DNA from: an uncultured virus (IMG/VR IMGVR_UViG_3300002220_000047) | Lineage: Duplodnaviria; Heunggongvirae; Uroviricota; Caudoviricetes | Length of the DNA stretch: 64,000 bases | IMG/VR virus record: IMGVR_UViG_3300002220_000047 | Strand: one strand, 5' to 3' | Shown: piece after piece, positions 1-9,455 of the stretch | How positions within the stretch are numbered: position 1 is the stretch's first letter | Layout of the letters: the number at the start of each line of letters is the position of its first letter | Notes under the pieces: generated by a model | The model's database searches: none | Told to the model about the DNA's origin: nothing | The model's input: the letters and a program-made list of their open reading frames with translations, nothing else | Position numbers and translations under genes: made by a program

Positions 1-2258
1 CAAATACAGAAGCTGACTGGAATACATTTCCTTACGTTATTCCTGAGAATATGATTATAATAACGTCCGATACCAAAATAATCAAACAGGGTGATGGTAT
101 TAGTTTATTCTCAGAATTAGCAACATTAGATTCTATTAGTGTCATTCAGCAGGATCTCGAACAACTTCCAGTTTATACGATGATTCCAGCATTGGTTGAT
201 GAAGATAAAATAATTGTTATAGAAGGACTAATGTATAAAATTAAAAATACTACAATAACTAGTCTGCTAACTAGAGTACAAAGCATCATTACTAAAAACG
301 GAATTCAAAATAACACTATGGATTCTATCGATCTGATCATAAGCCTAATTACAAAACCAGTAGCTATTACTGACGATGAAAAATTTGCTTATATAGTTAA
401 CGGTCAGTTAGTACCTGGTAATACATTAACTGAATTAGAAGAAGCTGTTTCCGGTGGTGAATTAATTGGAGCTGAATTTTTAATCGGAAATCTTACTTGG
501 TATTCTGATGTAGAATGTAAATATCCAGTAATAGAATTAATAAGAAATAATTTTTATTATGCTAAGATAGATGCCTTCCATGATGGTGGATATCTTAATT
601 ATTCAGCTACATTGACATCAGTGACTCCTGGAGTTAATATAGTTTCTGTCGATGACAAACATATTTTTAAAGTTAGTTTTTCATCAGGGACAATAGTACT
701 AAATGCAGCATTCGTGTATACGATAACTAGTAATTCAAATAATGCAGTAAAATCATTTACAGCTCAAATTGATGAATCTAGAATAAACATTCTTACAATG
801 GAATCATTTACTTCTGGATTTAAAAAAATAGCTATTGATTCTGATGATAATATTTTCGTTATTGGGTCAGATATTGTTACTCAAGATTATTCCATTACAG
901 CAGATCCTCGTGGTGATAAACAAAAATCGACAATAACTAAATTTGATAAAAATTTAAAGGCTGTTAAAACTATATCGATTACATCACAACAACATCCTGA
1001 TATAGCTACATACTCAGTAAACGTATGTGAAGTATCATCTATTAAAATACATAATAATTTAATATATGTAAGTGGTGTAGTAAATCGTCAAGATACAGAA
1101 TACAATTGTGGATTTTTAGCTTATTTTGATAACGATTTAAATTTATTAAAAAGAATAGATATTATCAGTGATTCATCATTTTTTGAGTCGATGAATGCTT
1201 TTATTACAGATTTTGTTATTGATAATAACTATATTTATTTTTGCGGATCGCTTGGAATTCATGAATTAACTGGAAATTATAATAGAAGATCTATTGTAGG
1301 AAAAATAGATAATAAACTCGAAGGAGATATTTCTTCAGTTAGATTACTTATGACAATAAGTTCTCCAGAATACAACATGCCTTCTCGTTTTAATTCTATT
1401 TGTTTAAATCAAGGATATCTCTATGTAGCAGGTATTGGAGAATCTATAGCAGATGGAGACCAGGGAGTTATTGCTAAATTAGATACTAATTTAAATATCA
1501 TAAATAGAAAGTATATAACTACAACAAATGATGCCAGTGAATTCAAAAAAGTAATTGTTGCTAACGGAAAGGTCTATATAGTAGGGTATGTATGGAATAC
1601 TTCTGGAGAAACTATAGTTGGTGGAATTATAACATCATTAAGTTTAGATTTAGAAACACACGATAGCATAACATTAGACTATATGGCTAATTGTTTTTTA
1701 GATGATATTATTTATGATTCAGTTAGTAATAATTTGAAAGTTTTAGGTACTGCATATAAACATCCAGAATCTCCAATTCGTCAAATTATGATTTTCAATA
1801 TCAACACAGATCTAACTACTATCAGTTCTAAGAATTTTCTTTGGTCTAAAGATGATCATGATATTAATGGAAAATCGATAAATATGGACTCGCTAGGGAA
1901 TCTCATATTTTCTGGATATAAATCAATAGAAGTTATTGATCAATTCAGTGAATTGAATCCGAGTGATACAAAATATAAAAATATCATCATGAAGATAAAT
2001 AAAACAGCTAATATCTCCCCAGCTTATTATTTATCAACAACGGCTGGAGATGATTGTCAGTTTGGATTTGGAGAAGCAAATCCCGATTACGGAACTCCAA
2101 TTTCTGGATATTTTATATTAGATGAATTAATTAGTGCATTGGTAGATATTTCTAATGATCGTATGGAAGTTGGTGGTGTGATTATCGAATTTATCAATCC
2201 GGCTTTAAGATTAAAAGAAGAGACAATCCCTTGTATTAGTTATAAAATTTATTATTGA
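1..2258 (+). CDS. Tail fibre/receptor-binding-like protein with Mtd_N-type N-terminal motif and beta-propeller-like repeats (5' end outside window)
   Basis: Frame is open from position 3 (NTEADWNTFPYVIPENMIIITSDTKIIKQGDGISLFSEL), matching the W..P...G.....DT..K.GDG...L motif of phage fibre N-termini. C-terminal half has repeated beta-strand blades (IYVSG, IYFCG, LYVAG, VYIVG). Paralogous to 53544-55799. Confidence 0.6.
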   Translation, partial: NTEADWNTFPYVIPENMIIITSDTKIIKQGDGISLFSELATLDSISVIQQDLEQLPVYTMIPALVDEDKIIVIEGLMYKIKNTTITSLLTRVQSIITKNGIQNNTMDSIDLIISLITKPVAITDDEKFAYIVNGQLVPGNTLTELEEAVSGGELIGAEFLIGNLTWYSDVECKYPVIELIRNNFYYAKIDAFHDGGYLNYSATLTSVTPGVNIVSVDDKHIFKVSFSSGTIVLNAAFVYTITSNSNNAVKSFTAQIDESRINILTMESFTSGFKKIAIDSDDNIFVIGSDIVTQDYSITADPRGDKQKSTITKFDKNLKAVKTISITSQQHPDIATYSVNVCEVSSIKIHNNLIYVSGVVNRQDTEYNCGFLAYFDNDLNLLKRIDIISDSSFFESMNAFITDFVIDNNYIYFCGSLGIHELTGNYNRRSIVGKIDNKLEGDISSVRLLMTISSPEYNMPSRFNSICLNQGYLYVAGIGESIADGDQGVIAKLDTNLNIINRKYITTTNDASEFKKVIVANGKVYIVGYVWNTSGETIVGGIITSLSLDLETHDSITLDYMANCFLDDIIYDSVSNNLKVLGTAYKHPESPIRQIMIFNINTDLTTISSKNFLWSKDDHDINGKSINMDSLGNLIFSGYKSIEVIDQFSELNPSDTKYKNIIMKINKTANISPAYYLSTTAGDDCQFGFGEANPDYGTPISGYFILDELISALVDISNDRMEVGGVIIEFINPALRLKEETIPCISYKIYY

Positions 2259-2317
2259 TAATATGACTAAGCTAATTTTGATGATTTTTTATTAACATAA
2301 AAACAAGGAATACGACA

Positions 2318-3880
2318 ATGTCAAATGTATTTGAAGTAGCCCCAGAAGTTCTTCCCACATTGAAGGAACTGTTCATCCAGACTGGTATTTCTAACGTTCC
2401 AGATTTCGATCTTAACCCAAATTCTGATGTTGCGATTCTTGTCGCGGGATGTTCTACGTTAGTAGTAGGTGCTGAACCTACTGATAATGAAGCTGAACGT
2501 ATTTCTAAGATTTGTGATTCTACTTTAACTTTCCTTTTGGATGAAACTAATATCAGTAAAACTGAATGTCTAGAAATTACTGCGAAAGGTATTTCTGCTA
2601 CTCTCGAAAATAGTTTCAGAACGATCACTCAGGAAATTCATGACATCGTTGATGGAATTTCTAAAAATGTAGAAGTAAGATACGCTAATATCCTTCGTAG
2701 AGAAAAGGCTGAAAATCTTCTTGACGATAATGTCCATGAACCTTCGGCTGACGATTTTGTTTTCCTGAAATGGAACGGATTAACTTCTCCTGGTATTCAG
2801 AATGACATCATCGAGACGGCCTGTGACAACATCAGCCTCGTTTCGAAAGAACTCTCTATGATGAATCTTGGATACATAGTAGCTAGATGTAAATTCACTG
2901 AAGGTTATGCTAATATTAGCCTCCCTGAAGAAACCAAAACCGCTATTACTGAAAAATTGAAAAGCGTCTTCATGGCTGATCCTTTCAATATTTCTGAAGG
3001 CGAAGTACTCATGATGGTCGATTCTATTACTAATCAAAATGGTTATGCCAATATCTGTTCGAAAGCAGTTATGCTGATGGAAGATGTTACTGGAATTGCG
3101 AAGAACTGCGTATTCCTAAATTCATTAGTAAATAATTTCGATTTGATGTTTGGATCAGTACTGAAGAACATTTCTGATATCGTCGATTCTAACGTAATTG
3201 ATTCTATCAAATCTAATATCAGCGTTGTTAATAAAACTATATATGCTATCAAGTATTTCTTGCTTGTAAATAAAGAAATCCGTTTTAAAGATACTCTCGT
3301 CCTTCGAGATGAAATTATCAATAACGATGCTTTTGAAGAATATACCCGTCAGGGTGGAACCATTGCTAAAATCTTTGAGTTTGTTAAAGCTACTTTCAAA
3401 GACATTACTATTCCTGTTGGTGGTATTGGCGTTGGAGCTGTTCTTGATTCCAATGTCGATGAGATGTTAGCTAGAGTAAATAACAAAGTTCGTTCTGAAG
3501 AAAAATATATTAAGTCCATGGCTTTAGTAGAAGCTTTTCAGATGGAATGTGATATTTATCTGAAAGGTATTCTGAATTCCTCTGAGCTGTCTTATGATGA
3601 GAAGTCTAACCTCATTATCAAGTTCAATGGTTTTGTTGAAAGCAAAGCTACTATGCTTGGTGGTCATCTCGGTAAGGTTTCCGATTCTCTTTATGAAATT
3701 ATAATCAATGTCTTTTATAACGATACCCTCGTTAAGGTACTATTTAAATATCTGAATAGTTCTTTCACTGATCTCTGTAATAGCGAAGCCGATGTCGAGA
3801 ATCCCGATATCGTTAATTCCGAAGCTATGGCTAGTATCGATATGATCGTTGAATATCTGTTCGATAGACTTTCCGCTTAA
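2318..3880 (+). CDS. Hypothetical phage protein (520 aa)
   Basis: Long ORF with AAGGA RBS, followed by a hairpin terminator; no recognised motif. Confidence 0.8.
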   Translation: MSNVFEVAPEVLPTLKELFIQTGISNVPDFDLNPNSDVAILVAGCSTLVVGAEPTDNEAERISKICDSTLTFLLDETNISKTECLEITAKGISATLENSFRTITQEIHDIVDGISKNVEVRYANILRREKAENLLDDNVHEPSADDFVFLKWNGLTSPGIQNDIIETACDNISLVSKELSMMNLGYIVARCKFTEGYANISLPEETKTAITEKLKSVFMADPFNISEGEVLMMVDSITNQNGYANICSKAVMLMEDVTGIAKNCVFLNSLVNNFDLMFGSVLKNISDIVDSNVIDSIKSNISVVNKTIYAIKYFLLVNKEIRFKDTLVLRDEIINNDAFEEYTRQGGTIAKIFEFVKATFKDITIPVGGIGVGAVLDSNVDEMLARVNNKVRSEEKYIKSMALVEAFQMECDIYLKGILNSSELSYDEKSNLIIKFNGFVESKATMLGGHLGKVSDSLYEIIINVFYNDTLVKVLFKYLNSSFTDLCNSEADVENPDIVNSEAMASIDMIVEYLFDRLSA

Positions 3881-3898
3881 TTAGAAATTGAATATCAA

Positions 3899-3932
3899 TA
3901 CGTAGAAGATCCCAGAAGGGATCTTCTACGTA
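3899..3932. terminator. Intrinsic terminator-like hairpin
   Basis: TACGTAGAAGATCCC-agaa-GGGATCTTCTACGTA perfect 15-bp stem right after the stop codon. Confidence 0.8.
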
Positions 3933-3947
3933 GTTCTAACTCATTAT

Positions 3948-3967
3948 AAATATATATTATTTATGTA
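3948..3967 (+). promoter_or_regulatory. Putative early (virion RNAP) promoter motif
   Basis: AAATATATATTAT motif, recurring at eight intergenic sites upstream of + strand non-structural units. Confidence 0.6.
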
Positions 3968-4010
3968 CAACTGGATCAATTGTAGTACAAAACAAACTGA
4001 GGAAACATTT

Positions 4011-4430
4011 ATGGAAGGTATCATCTGTCCGAAGGAATTAATTCCGAATTTGAAAAATCTAATAAGCTACTTGATAAGTAAAACTCTCGAAGCTAAAAAA
4101 GCTGAAATATCGAAATCGGAAGCTGAAGAGATGCGGCGGAAAGCCTATTCAAAGATGTACAATGCCGAAGAAGAACGTCGCGCTGGATATTATCAGTTCA
4201 CGAATTTGAATGAACGATCGGCGCGATGGACATCGATTCTCAAGTTGAAACCGGTAAGACTTCAAAATCCTGAAGATCCAAATAAAGCTTGGGGATTCGC
4301 TTACGGTGATTTGGTGGTATTCGGCAGTACCATCGAAAACGCGTCCATTATGTTTGACCTCGCGATGAAAGAAGATCGAGGTAACTACAAAAAACCAGCA
4401 GTAACGGAGGGAGAAGAATCAGATGCATGA
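4011..4430 (+). CDS. Hypothetical protein
   Basis: ORF 3963-4430; GAGGA RBS favours the ATG at 4011 (MEGIICPK). Confidence 0.7.
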   Translation: MEGIICPKELIPNLKNLISYLISKTLEAKKAEISKSEAEEMRRKAYSKMYNAEEERRAGYYQFTNLNERSARWTSILKLKPVRLQNPEDPNKAWGFAYGDLVVFGSTIENASIMFDLAMKEDRGNYKKPAVTEGEESDA

Positions 4431-4818
4431 CATGTGCAAGATGTTCCGGGACGATAACCTTGGAAAGATACCGGCGGCTGGATGGTGTGTAACCTGCCCG
4501 AAAAAAGCAGATGGTTGTTCGGCTGAAAAAGCTAATCAACCGGAAGCATTGCGGGTAGGTTCCGTTATCAAAATAAAAGTTAACGGCATGCGACATACGG
4601 TTAAGGTACTCGGATATAAAGATCGCATTAAGGATGGAGATTTCTGCAAATTCATCCGAGATGGTATATTTACAGAAACCGAATATAACGAAACGATAAT
4701 CGGTTCCTTACACTACCACTGTAACGATAAACACAATCGTGATAGATGGATGTTGACACAATCCATCGGCGATCTCATCTCTGAACATTCGTGTCGAGCA
4801 TATATTAGACCTGTCTGA
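4423..4818 (+). CDS. Hypothetical protein, Cys-rich N-terminus
   Basis: Overlaps upstream stop; C-x14-CxxC-x6-C cluster. Confidence 0.65.
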   Translation: MHDMCKMFRDDNLGKIPAAGWCVTCPKKADGCSAEKANQPEALRVGSVIKIKVNGMRHTVKVLGYKDRIKDGDFCKFIRDGIFTETEYNETIIGSLHYHCNDKHNRDRWMLTQSIGDLISEHSCRAYIRPV

Positions 4819-4834
4819 TAATTAAATTGTCTAA

Positions 4835-4872
4835 AGTATCCCCCAGGAGCTCATTGGCTCCTGGGGGATACT
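4835..4872. terminator. Bidirectional terminator hairpin
   Basis: AGTATCCCCCAGGAGC-tcattg-GCTCCTGGGGGATACT between convergent genes. Confidence 0.85.
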
Positions 4873-4890
4873 ATTAATAAAATTTATTTT

Positions 4891-5349
4891 TTACAATTCA
4901 AAGATCCTAGAAAATCTCATGGAGAAATCTTCTTTTAATCCTTTTTCATGGAAGTCATCCATCATTGAATTGACAACCTCTTCAGATATTCCAGATTTCT
5001 GTACAAGAGTTTCTTTCATATTACGGACAGGATTCATATACAGTTCTGAAATATGTGAAGAAATTTCTTGAATGAACATCTGACCAAAAGAATACTCCTT
5101 AATAAAACTATTAGCGAGATCAAGAACTGCAACTCTCACTGCAGATTCTGGTTTACTTTCAACGCGCTGAAGATGTTCAGCGTATGTTTTAAGCAGAGCG
5201 GTAGCTGTAGTAAATCTAGCCTTTAACATCTGATCAGGAGCTAACTCCATTTTTTCCGCTACTTTAGGACGTCTCAGCAATGTCGACAATGCACCTTTCA
5301 TGGGGTTACTCCTTTCTATATTAAACGATTTTGAAATACAGCTTCCCAA
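4891..5349 (-). CDS. Hypothetical protein (true start probably 5301, MKGALS)
   Basis: ORF track; AAAGGAG RBS precedes the internal ATG. Confidence 0.7.
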   Translation of the reverse strand: MGSCISKSFNIERSNPMKGALSTLLRRPKVAEKMELAPDQMLKARFTTATALLKTYAEHLQRVESKPESAVRVAVLDLANSFIKEYSFGQMFIQEISSHISELYMNPVRNMKETLVQKSGISEEVVNSMMDDFHEKGLKEDFSMRFSRIFEL

Positions 5350-5363
5350 GCTTTCATATAATC

Positions 5364-5711
5364 TTACTCGCTAGTAGAAGATTGTTTGACTTCTTCCTCT
5401 TTGATCATTTTCTCTACTTCTTCAAAACCTTTCTGATAGGCAGAATCTTCATTAGGACTAATATGATAAAGAAGTCTAATAAATTCACCCGCATGGATCA
5501 ATTCTTCATTCATTACACTTAACATAACTTTCTTTACAATAGGATCTTCTGTCTTATCAGCTATCTTTTGATATGTAGCAATCGCCTCATATTCTGAGTT
5601 AATAGATGATCTTATTAACTGAGCTACTTCACTAGTAGTAAGAGGACCTTCTTTTTCAAGATTGATTTTTAAAGAATCGAGTCTTTCTATTGCAGCAAGT
5701 ATTCCTTTCAT
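5364..5711 (-). CDS. Ferritin-like (rubrerythrin/encapsulin-cargo type) diiron protein
   Basis: EYEAIATY ... EELIHAGEF...L..ISP.E...KG.EEV pattern typical of short ferritin-like proteins; GAGGTG RBS. Confidence 0.8.
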   Translation of the reverse strand: MKGILAAIERLDSLKINLEKEGPLTTSEVAQLIRSSINSEYEAIATYQKIADKTEDPIVKKVMLSVMNEELIHAGEFIRLLYHISPNEDSAYQKGFEEVEKMIKEEEVKQSSTSE

Positions 5712-5786
5712 TCTTAATCACCTCATCGTTGATTGTTTCCGTAATGCTATAGTATTTTGTATACAAGTGCAGATGGACAAGTTTTT

Positions 5787-5809
5787 AAATATATATAATT
5801 AATATAGAA
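5787..5809 (+). promoter_or_regulatory. Putative early promoter driving the non-coding unit
   Basis: AAATATATATAATTAATATAGAA, identical over 23 bp to 15764-15786. Confidence 0.65.
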
Positions 5810-6647
5810 TGACCAAATGGTTGTTGTATTACGGTATCAAAAGAATTCATGAGCATATCAATTATTCATCGCCGGATTCGAAACCAACGATGATTAGATA
5901 TGAAGGGTGGCCATTGAAGGGGCTTACTCTATCTGTGAGAATACACTGAGATTCTCAACCGCTAGAACAGATCATAAAAGGAAGTCCTGCTTCGATCAAA
6001 GTAGGATGAGCTGTCTTCAAGGCTACGCGAATAATGAAAAGGCGTAGTTCTAAGATCTAGTAATAGACCGAATAACCGAGACTAAGCATATGCGCATATG
6101 CGGAATATCGGCTGAACTCTGGAAATGTGCTTTCTAGAGACTTCAGAATACCGGTGACTGAAGCACATTCAGGTGTGAGAATACCATTATAGCTCACAAA
6201 ACTAGCGGGGCAGTCAATCTCAATTGGAGCGATTGTCGTATTTAAGATGTTCTGGGAGGCATACCGGATTCTTTTATGTTCGGTCCAGTCTCTGCCATGG
6301 CATTGGGATATTATGTCCCATTAGCCGAGCCGGCGTTATGACAACCTGTCTAACCCCGAACGACATCCGAGCATGCGGCCGATCTGGTATCTGGCGGCGT
6401 GGCGCGGGTGAGAGGTAGTGCCTCGGCCCGGCGGAGATGGCTTATCTGTTTCCGCCGGTGCCGAGGTTGTTAGTATTCGTGGAACAAAGAAGTACCCATA
6501 AAAAGCAGAACAAAGAAGTACCCATAAAAAGAAGTACCCGAAAACTGGCGCTGGTAGTTGTTGAGGGATTTCGTTTAAACTAGCCCGATAGGCTGGGACG
6601 ATTTCTTTCAACAACTACCAGCTGCCGCCTAATTTTATTTTTTTTTG
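5810..6647 (+). ncRNA. Candidate large structured non-coding RNA (~830 nt)
   Basis: No credible ORF; GC-richer than the flanks; many nested inverted repeats; promoter motif at the 5' end; long closing hairpin plus T-tract at the 3' end. Confidence 0.65.
6482..6539 (+). repeat. Direct repeat inside the candidate ncRNA
   Basis: GAACAAAGAAGTACCCATAAAAAG at 6482-6505 and 6508-6531; core AAAGAAGTACCC occurs three times. Confidence 0.9.
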
Positions 6648-6705
6648 TTAAAAATTACTATTGATGCTAATGATATGTTCTGAACTAAAACCAAAAGGAG
6701 AAAGA

Positions 6706-8877
6706 ATGCTATATACTTTATCGAATAAATTATACAAAGAAAAATATTCAAGAACGTCATCCATAACCAAAGAGTATATTGAGAATATGAAAGTATTCTT
6801 GTCTGCTAAATATCCTAATACTTCTATTGAAGAAATTGAAGAGTTTATAAAGAAAACTATTAAAGAAAGTTATAAACCTAGAAAAGTTGCATATCTATTC
6901 ACAGAAAGCCCAGGTAATGTAGATAAGAAAAAGAATGATCTTTTGTCAATGACTAATGAATTGAATAATGAGATCATCACTCCATATGGTTCAACGTTTG
7001 TACCAACATCCGAAGATGAATCTTTTTTTGTTGAGCATATTACTTCTAGACAGAATGAACGTAAAATTGTTAAGAAAGAAATGTTACTAGCAGAAGCTAA
7101 TAAAGATAAGGTTGCTGCGATGATCGGTAATCTTAAGCAGATGAATATCAAAATTGACATCAATGCTATTTCCGGTATTATGTTAGCCAATGTATTCTTT
7201 GGTAGTGCTGTAAGTTACAATAGCATTACTGCGTCAGCTAGACACAACATCATGTTGGGTTATAGTTATACGGAAATGGCTCTAATGGGAAATATGCATT
7301 TATATAGTGAAAACCAAGCAATCAATTGGGTAGTGAATCTTCTTAGGATATATCCTGGAGATACTACTATACAACTAGCAACTGAGAAGTTCTCATTGAT
7401 GCTTCCTTCACATGAAGATGTATTTGAGTTTCTATTTGATAACATTAAGATCTATGATAAATTTAGTAAGAATGAAAGTCTTAAAGAATTAATCAATACT
7501 TTATCTATTTATCAATTAGCTTTCATATTCTATGCATGTAATCTACACAACATCTTTACAAAGAATGATCATTTCAAAAACTTCTTTGATCGATGTTTTG
7601 ATACTGATATTGTCTTTTCTCAGATAAATGAATCAGATCCATATGAATCAGTCTTTAAGTTGAACGATAGTGCATTATTCATTTTAACCACCGCAATCCT
7701 CTGTGATGAAATCACTGGTGTGACGCTCGATAAAATAGACACTGAGCGACCCGACTTGGGTAGGAAAATCAAGTCCTTGTATAATCACCTTCAAGACACT
7801 TTGAGTGAACTAAATGACCTGATTGGAACATTCATGTTAATACCGATTGTTCCTAGTGATATCACTAATCATCAGAATATGATTAGAAAGACTACTATTC
7901 TTTCTGATACCGACAGTATTATTTTTACAAACGTAAGTTGGGTTAGATGGTATACTAATGATATTAGAGTAAATAAGAAATCTTATGCTATTAATGCATT
8001 GATGGTTTGTTTAACTAGTAAGATATTAGAACATGTATTTGCATATTCTTCAGCATGTATGAATATTGCTGAAAGTGGTATTAAAGATATTGAAATTAAA
8101 AACGAATTCATGTTTGATGTTTTCATTAGAACTTCAATGGCTAAGCATTATGCTGGGTATATAAAGTTTCGTGAAGGTAATGTTCTTAATCCATATAAGT
8201 TTGAGCTTAAAGGTAAGAACTTTATTGGTAGTGATTTATGTGACGATACTAGAAAGTTTGTAAAAGAATTCATTAGATACATCATGGATACTATTCTTAC
8301 AGATTATGAATTATCTTCTAGTGATCTTATTTCTAGAGTTATTGGATTCGAACAAAAAATTATTACATCGATATTGAATGGAGATACTTCATATCTTATT
8401 CAATCTCCTCTTAAACATGAAGGTGATTACGCTAATCCAGACGCATCACCTTATTTTTATTATCTCTTATGGAGAGATGTATTCTCTAGTAAATATGGGG
8501 TAATTAATTTACCTCAGAAATGTAAGGTAATCCCAATAGAAGATATTACTATTAAGAATATACATAGATTGGAATTCATGAAAGATATCGATATAAACAT
8601 CTATAATTCTTTAATAGAATTTATTAAGAAATATTCTAAGAAGAAGATCACTAGAATATTTGTACCTATGGGAATTCCTATTCCTATGGAAGTTAGACAA
8701 TTAGCCAATATGAACAAAGTAGTATCGATGAATTGTGCTCCTTTGTATCTGATGATGAGCAGTGTTGGTATTGTGAATTCAAGCCAAGGCGATAAGCTAG
8801 TATCGTTCTCAGACGAATACAAAAAACATTTAGAAATAACTGATTATCACGAACGTAATAATGTTAACGTGAGATAG
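6706..8877 (+). CDS. phiKZ-type divergent family B DNA polymerase (polymerase-domain subunit)
   Basis: Q..IKI.IN.ISG (motif B-like), SDTDS (motif C), KNEF...F.....KHY and ELKG motifs; AAAGGAG RBS before ATG 6706. Confidence 0.85.
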   Translation: MLYTLSNKLYKEKYSRTSSITKEYIENMKVFLSAKYPNTSIEEIEEFIKKTIKESYKPRKVAYLFTESPGNVDKKKNDLLSMTNELNNEIITPYGSTFVPTSEDESFFVEHITSRQNERKIVKKEMLLAEANKDKVAAMIGNLKQMNIKIDINAISGIMLANVFFGSAVSYNSITASARHNIMLGYSYTEMALMGNMHLYSENQAINWVVNLLRIYPGDTTIQLATEKFSLMLPSHEDVFEFLFDNIKIYDKFSKNESLKELINTLSIYQLAFIFYACNLHNIFTKNDHFKNFFDRCFDTDIVFSQINESDPYESVFKLNDSALFILTTAILCDEITGVTLDKIDTERPDLGRKIKSLYNHLQDTLSELNDLIGTFMLIPIVPSDITNHQNMIRKTTILSDTDSIIFTNVSWVRWYTNDIRVNKKSYAINALMVCLTSKILEHVFAYSSACMNIAESGIKDIEIKNEFMFDVFIRTSMAKHYAGYIKFREGNVLNPYKFELKGKNFIGSDLCDDTRKFVKEFIRYIMDTILTDYELSSSDLISRVIGFEQKIITSILNGDTSYLIQSPLKHEGDYANPDASPYFYYLLWRDVFSSKYGVINLPQKCKVIPIEDITIKNIHRLEFMKDIDINIYNSLIEFIKKYSKKKITRIFVPMGIPIPMEVRQLANMNKVVSMNCAPLYLMMSSVGIVNSSQGDKLVSFSDEYKKHLEITDYHERNNVNVR

Positions 8878-8913
8878 ATAATAGAGTAACTAGCTAGATA
8901 GCATATATGAAAT

Positions 8914-8960
8914 GAAGCCCCGGTCTACATGACGGGGCTTCTTCCTCTTTTATTTTTTTT
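8914..8960 (+). terminator. Intrinsic terminator
   Basis: GAAGCCCCG...CGGGGCTTC followed by T-rich tract. Confidence 0.75.
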
Positions 8961-9041
8961 GTTCTAGTTGTTTAATTTTATTGGAGAAATAAATATAATG
9001 ACTTTAACGAAACCATTTAACTCATTACTCCGGAGGAAGGA

Positions 9042-9455
9042 ATGTCAAGTCGTATAAAAATCGGACCGAAAAAGAAAAAGGGCAAAATCTCTGATTTTAA
9101 ACAAATCAAGACAATGAAAGAAGAACTAGAAGGTACTCTAGATGAAGTTGTTTCTGAGATAGATAAATATGTAGCGATCATCGATAAGTCATTATCAGTA
9201 GTTCTTAATTCTATTGAGTTATTGAAAGAAAAGGGATTATCTAAAGAGAAAGCTAATGAACTCAAAGTCTCTACTGAAAAAGCTATCGGTATTAAGACGA
9301 CTCTTATTGAAATGAAAAATCTCGCAATCGAAAAGAAGACTAAACTTACTGAAGATTCTGACATGCTTGATTTGTTTGATGTTATGGATCAGCTTCAAGA
9401 TATCATTCCAGAAATCGAGGGCATCATAAGCTCTCAAGAAGAGATTGTGAAATAA
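9042..9455 (+). CDS. Hypothetical coiled-coil protein
   Basis: ORF with GGAGG RBS. Confidence 0.75.
   Translation: MSSRIKIGPKKKKGKISDFKQIKTMKEELEGTLDEVVSEIDKYVAIIDKSLSVVLNSIELLKEKGLSKEKANELKVSTEKAIGIKTTLIEMKNLAIEKKTKLTEDSDMLDLFDVMDQLQDIIPEIEGIISSQEEIVK

Noticed and set aside
1..2258. Diversity-generating retroelement suggested by Mtd_N-like fibres
   Set aside because: No reverse transcriptase and no TR/VR pair visible in this window.
2318..3880. Chimallin (nuclear shell) or PhuZ assignment
   Set aside because: No motif I can recognise; whether this phage forms a nucleus cannot be determined from this window.
6482..6539. CRISPR array
   Set aside because: Repeats are nearly adjacent with no unique spacers, and no cas genes are present.
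6224..6614. ORFs 6224-6418 (+) and 6336-6614 (-)
   Set aside because: No RBS, atypical composition, and they overlap strong hairpins; likely by-products of the GC-rich structured region.
5810..6647. tmRNA, RNase P, or group I/II intron identity for the non-coding unit
   Set aside because: No tRNA-like GGGG...CCA ends. AGGAAGTCC only loosely resembles RNase P and lacks the P4 partner. No convincing R/S pair or domain V, and it does not interrupt a gene.
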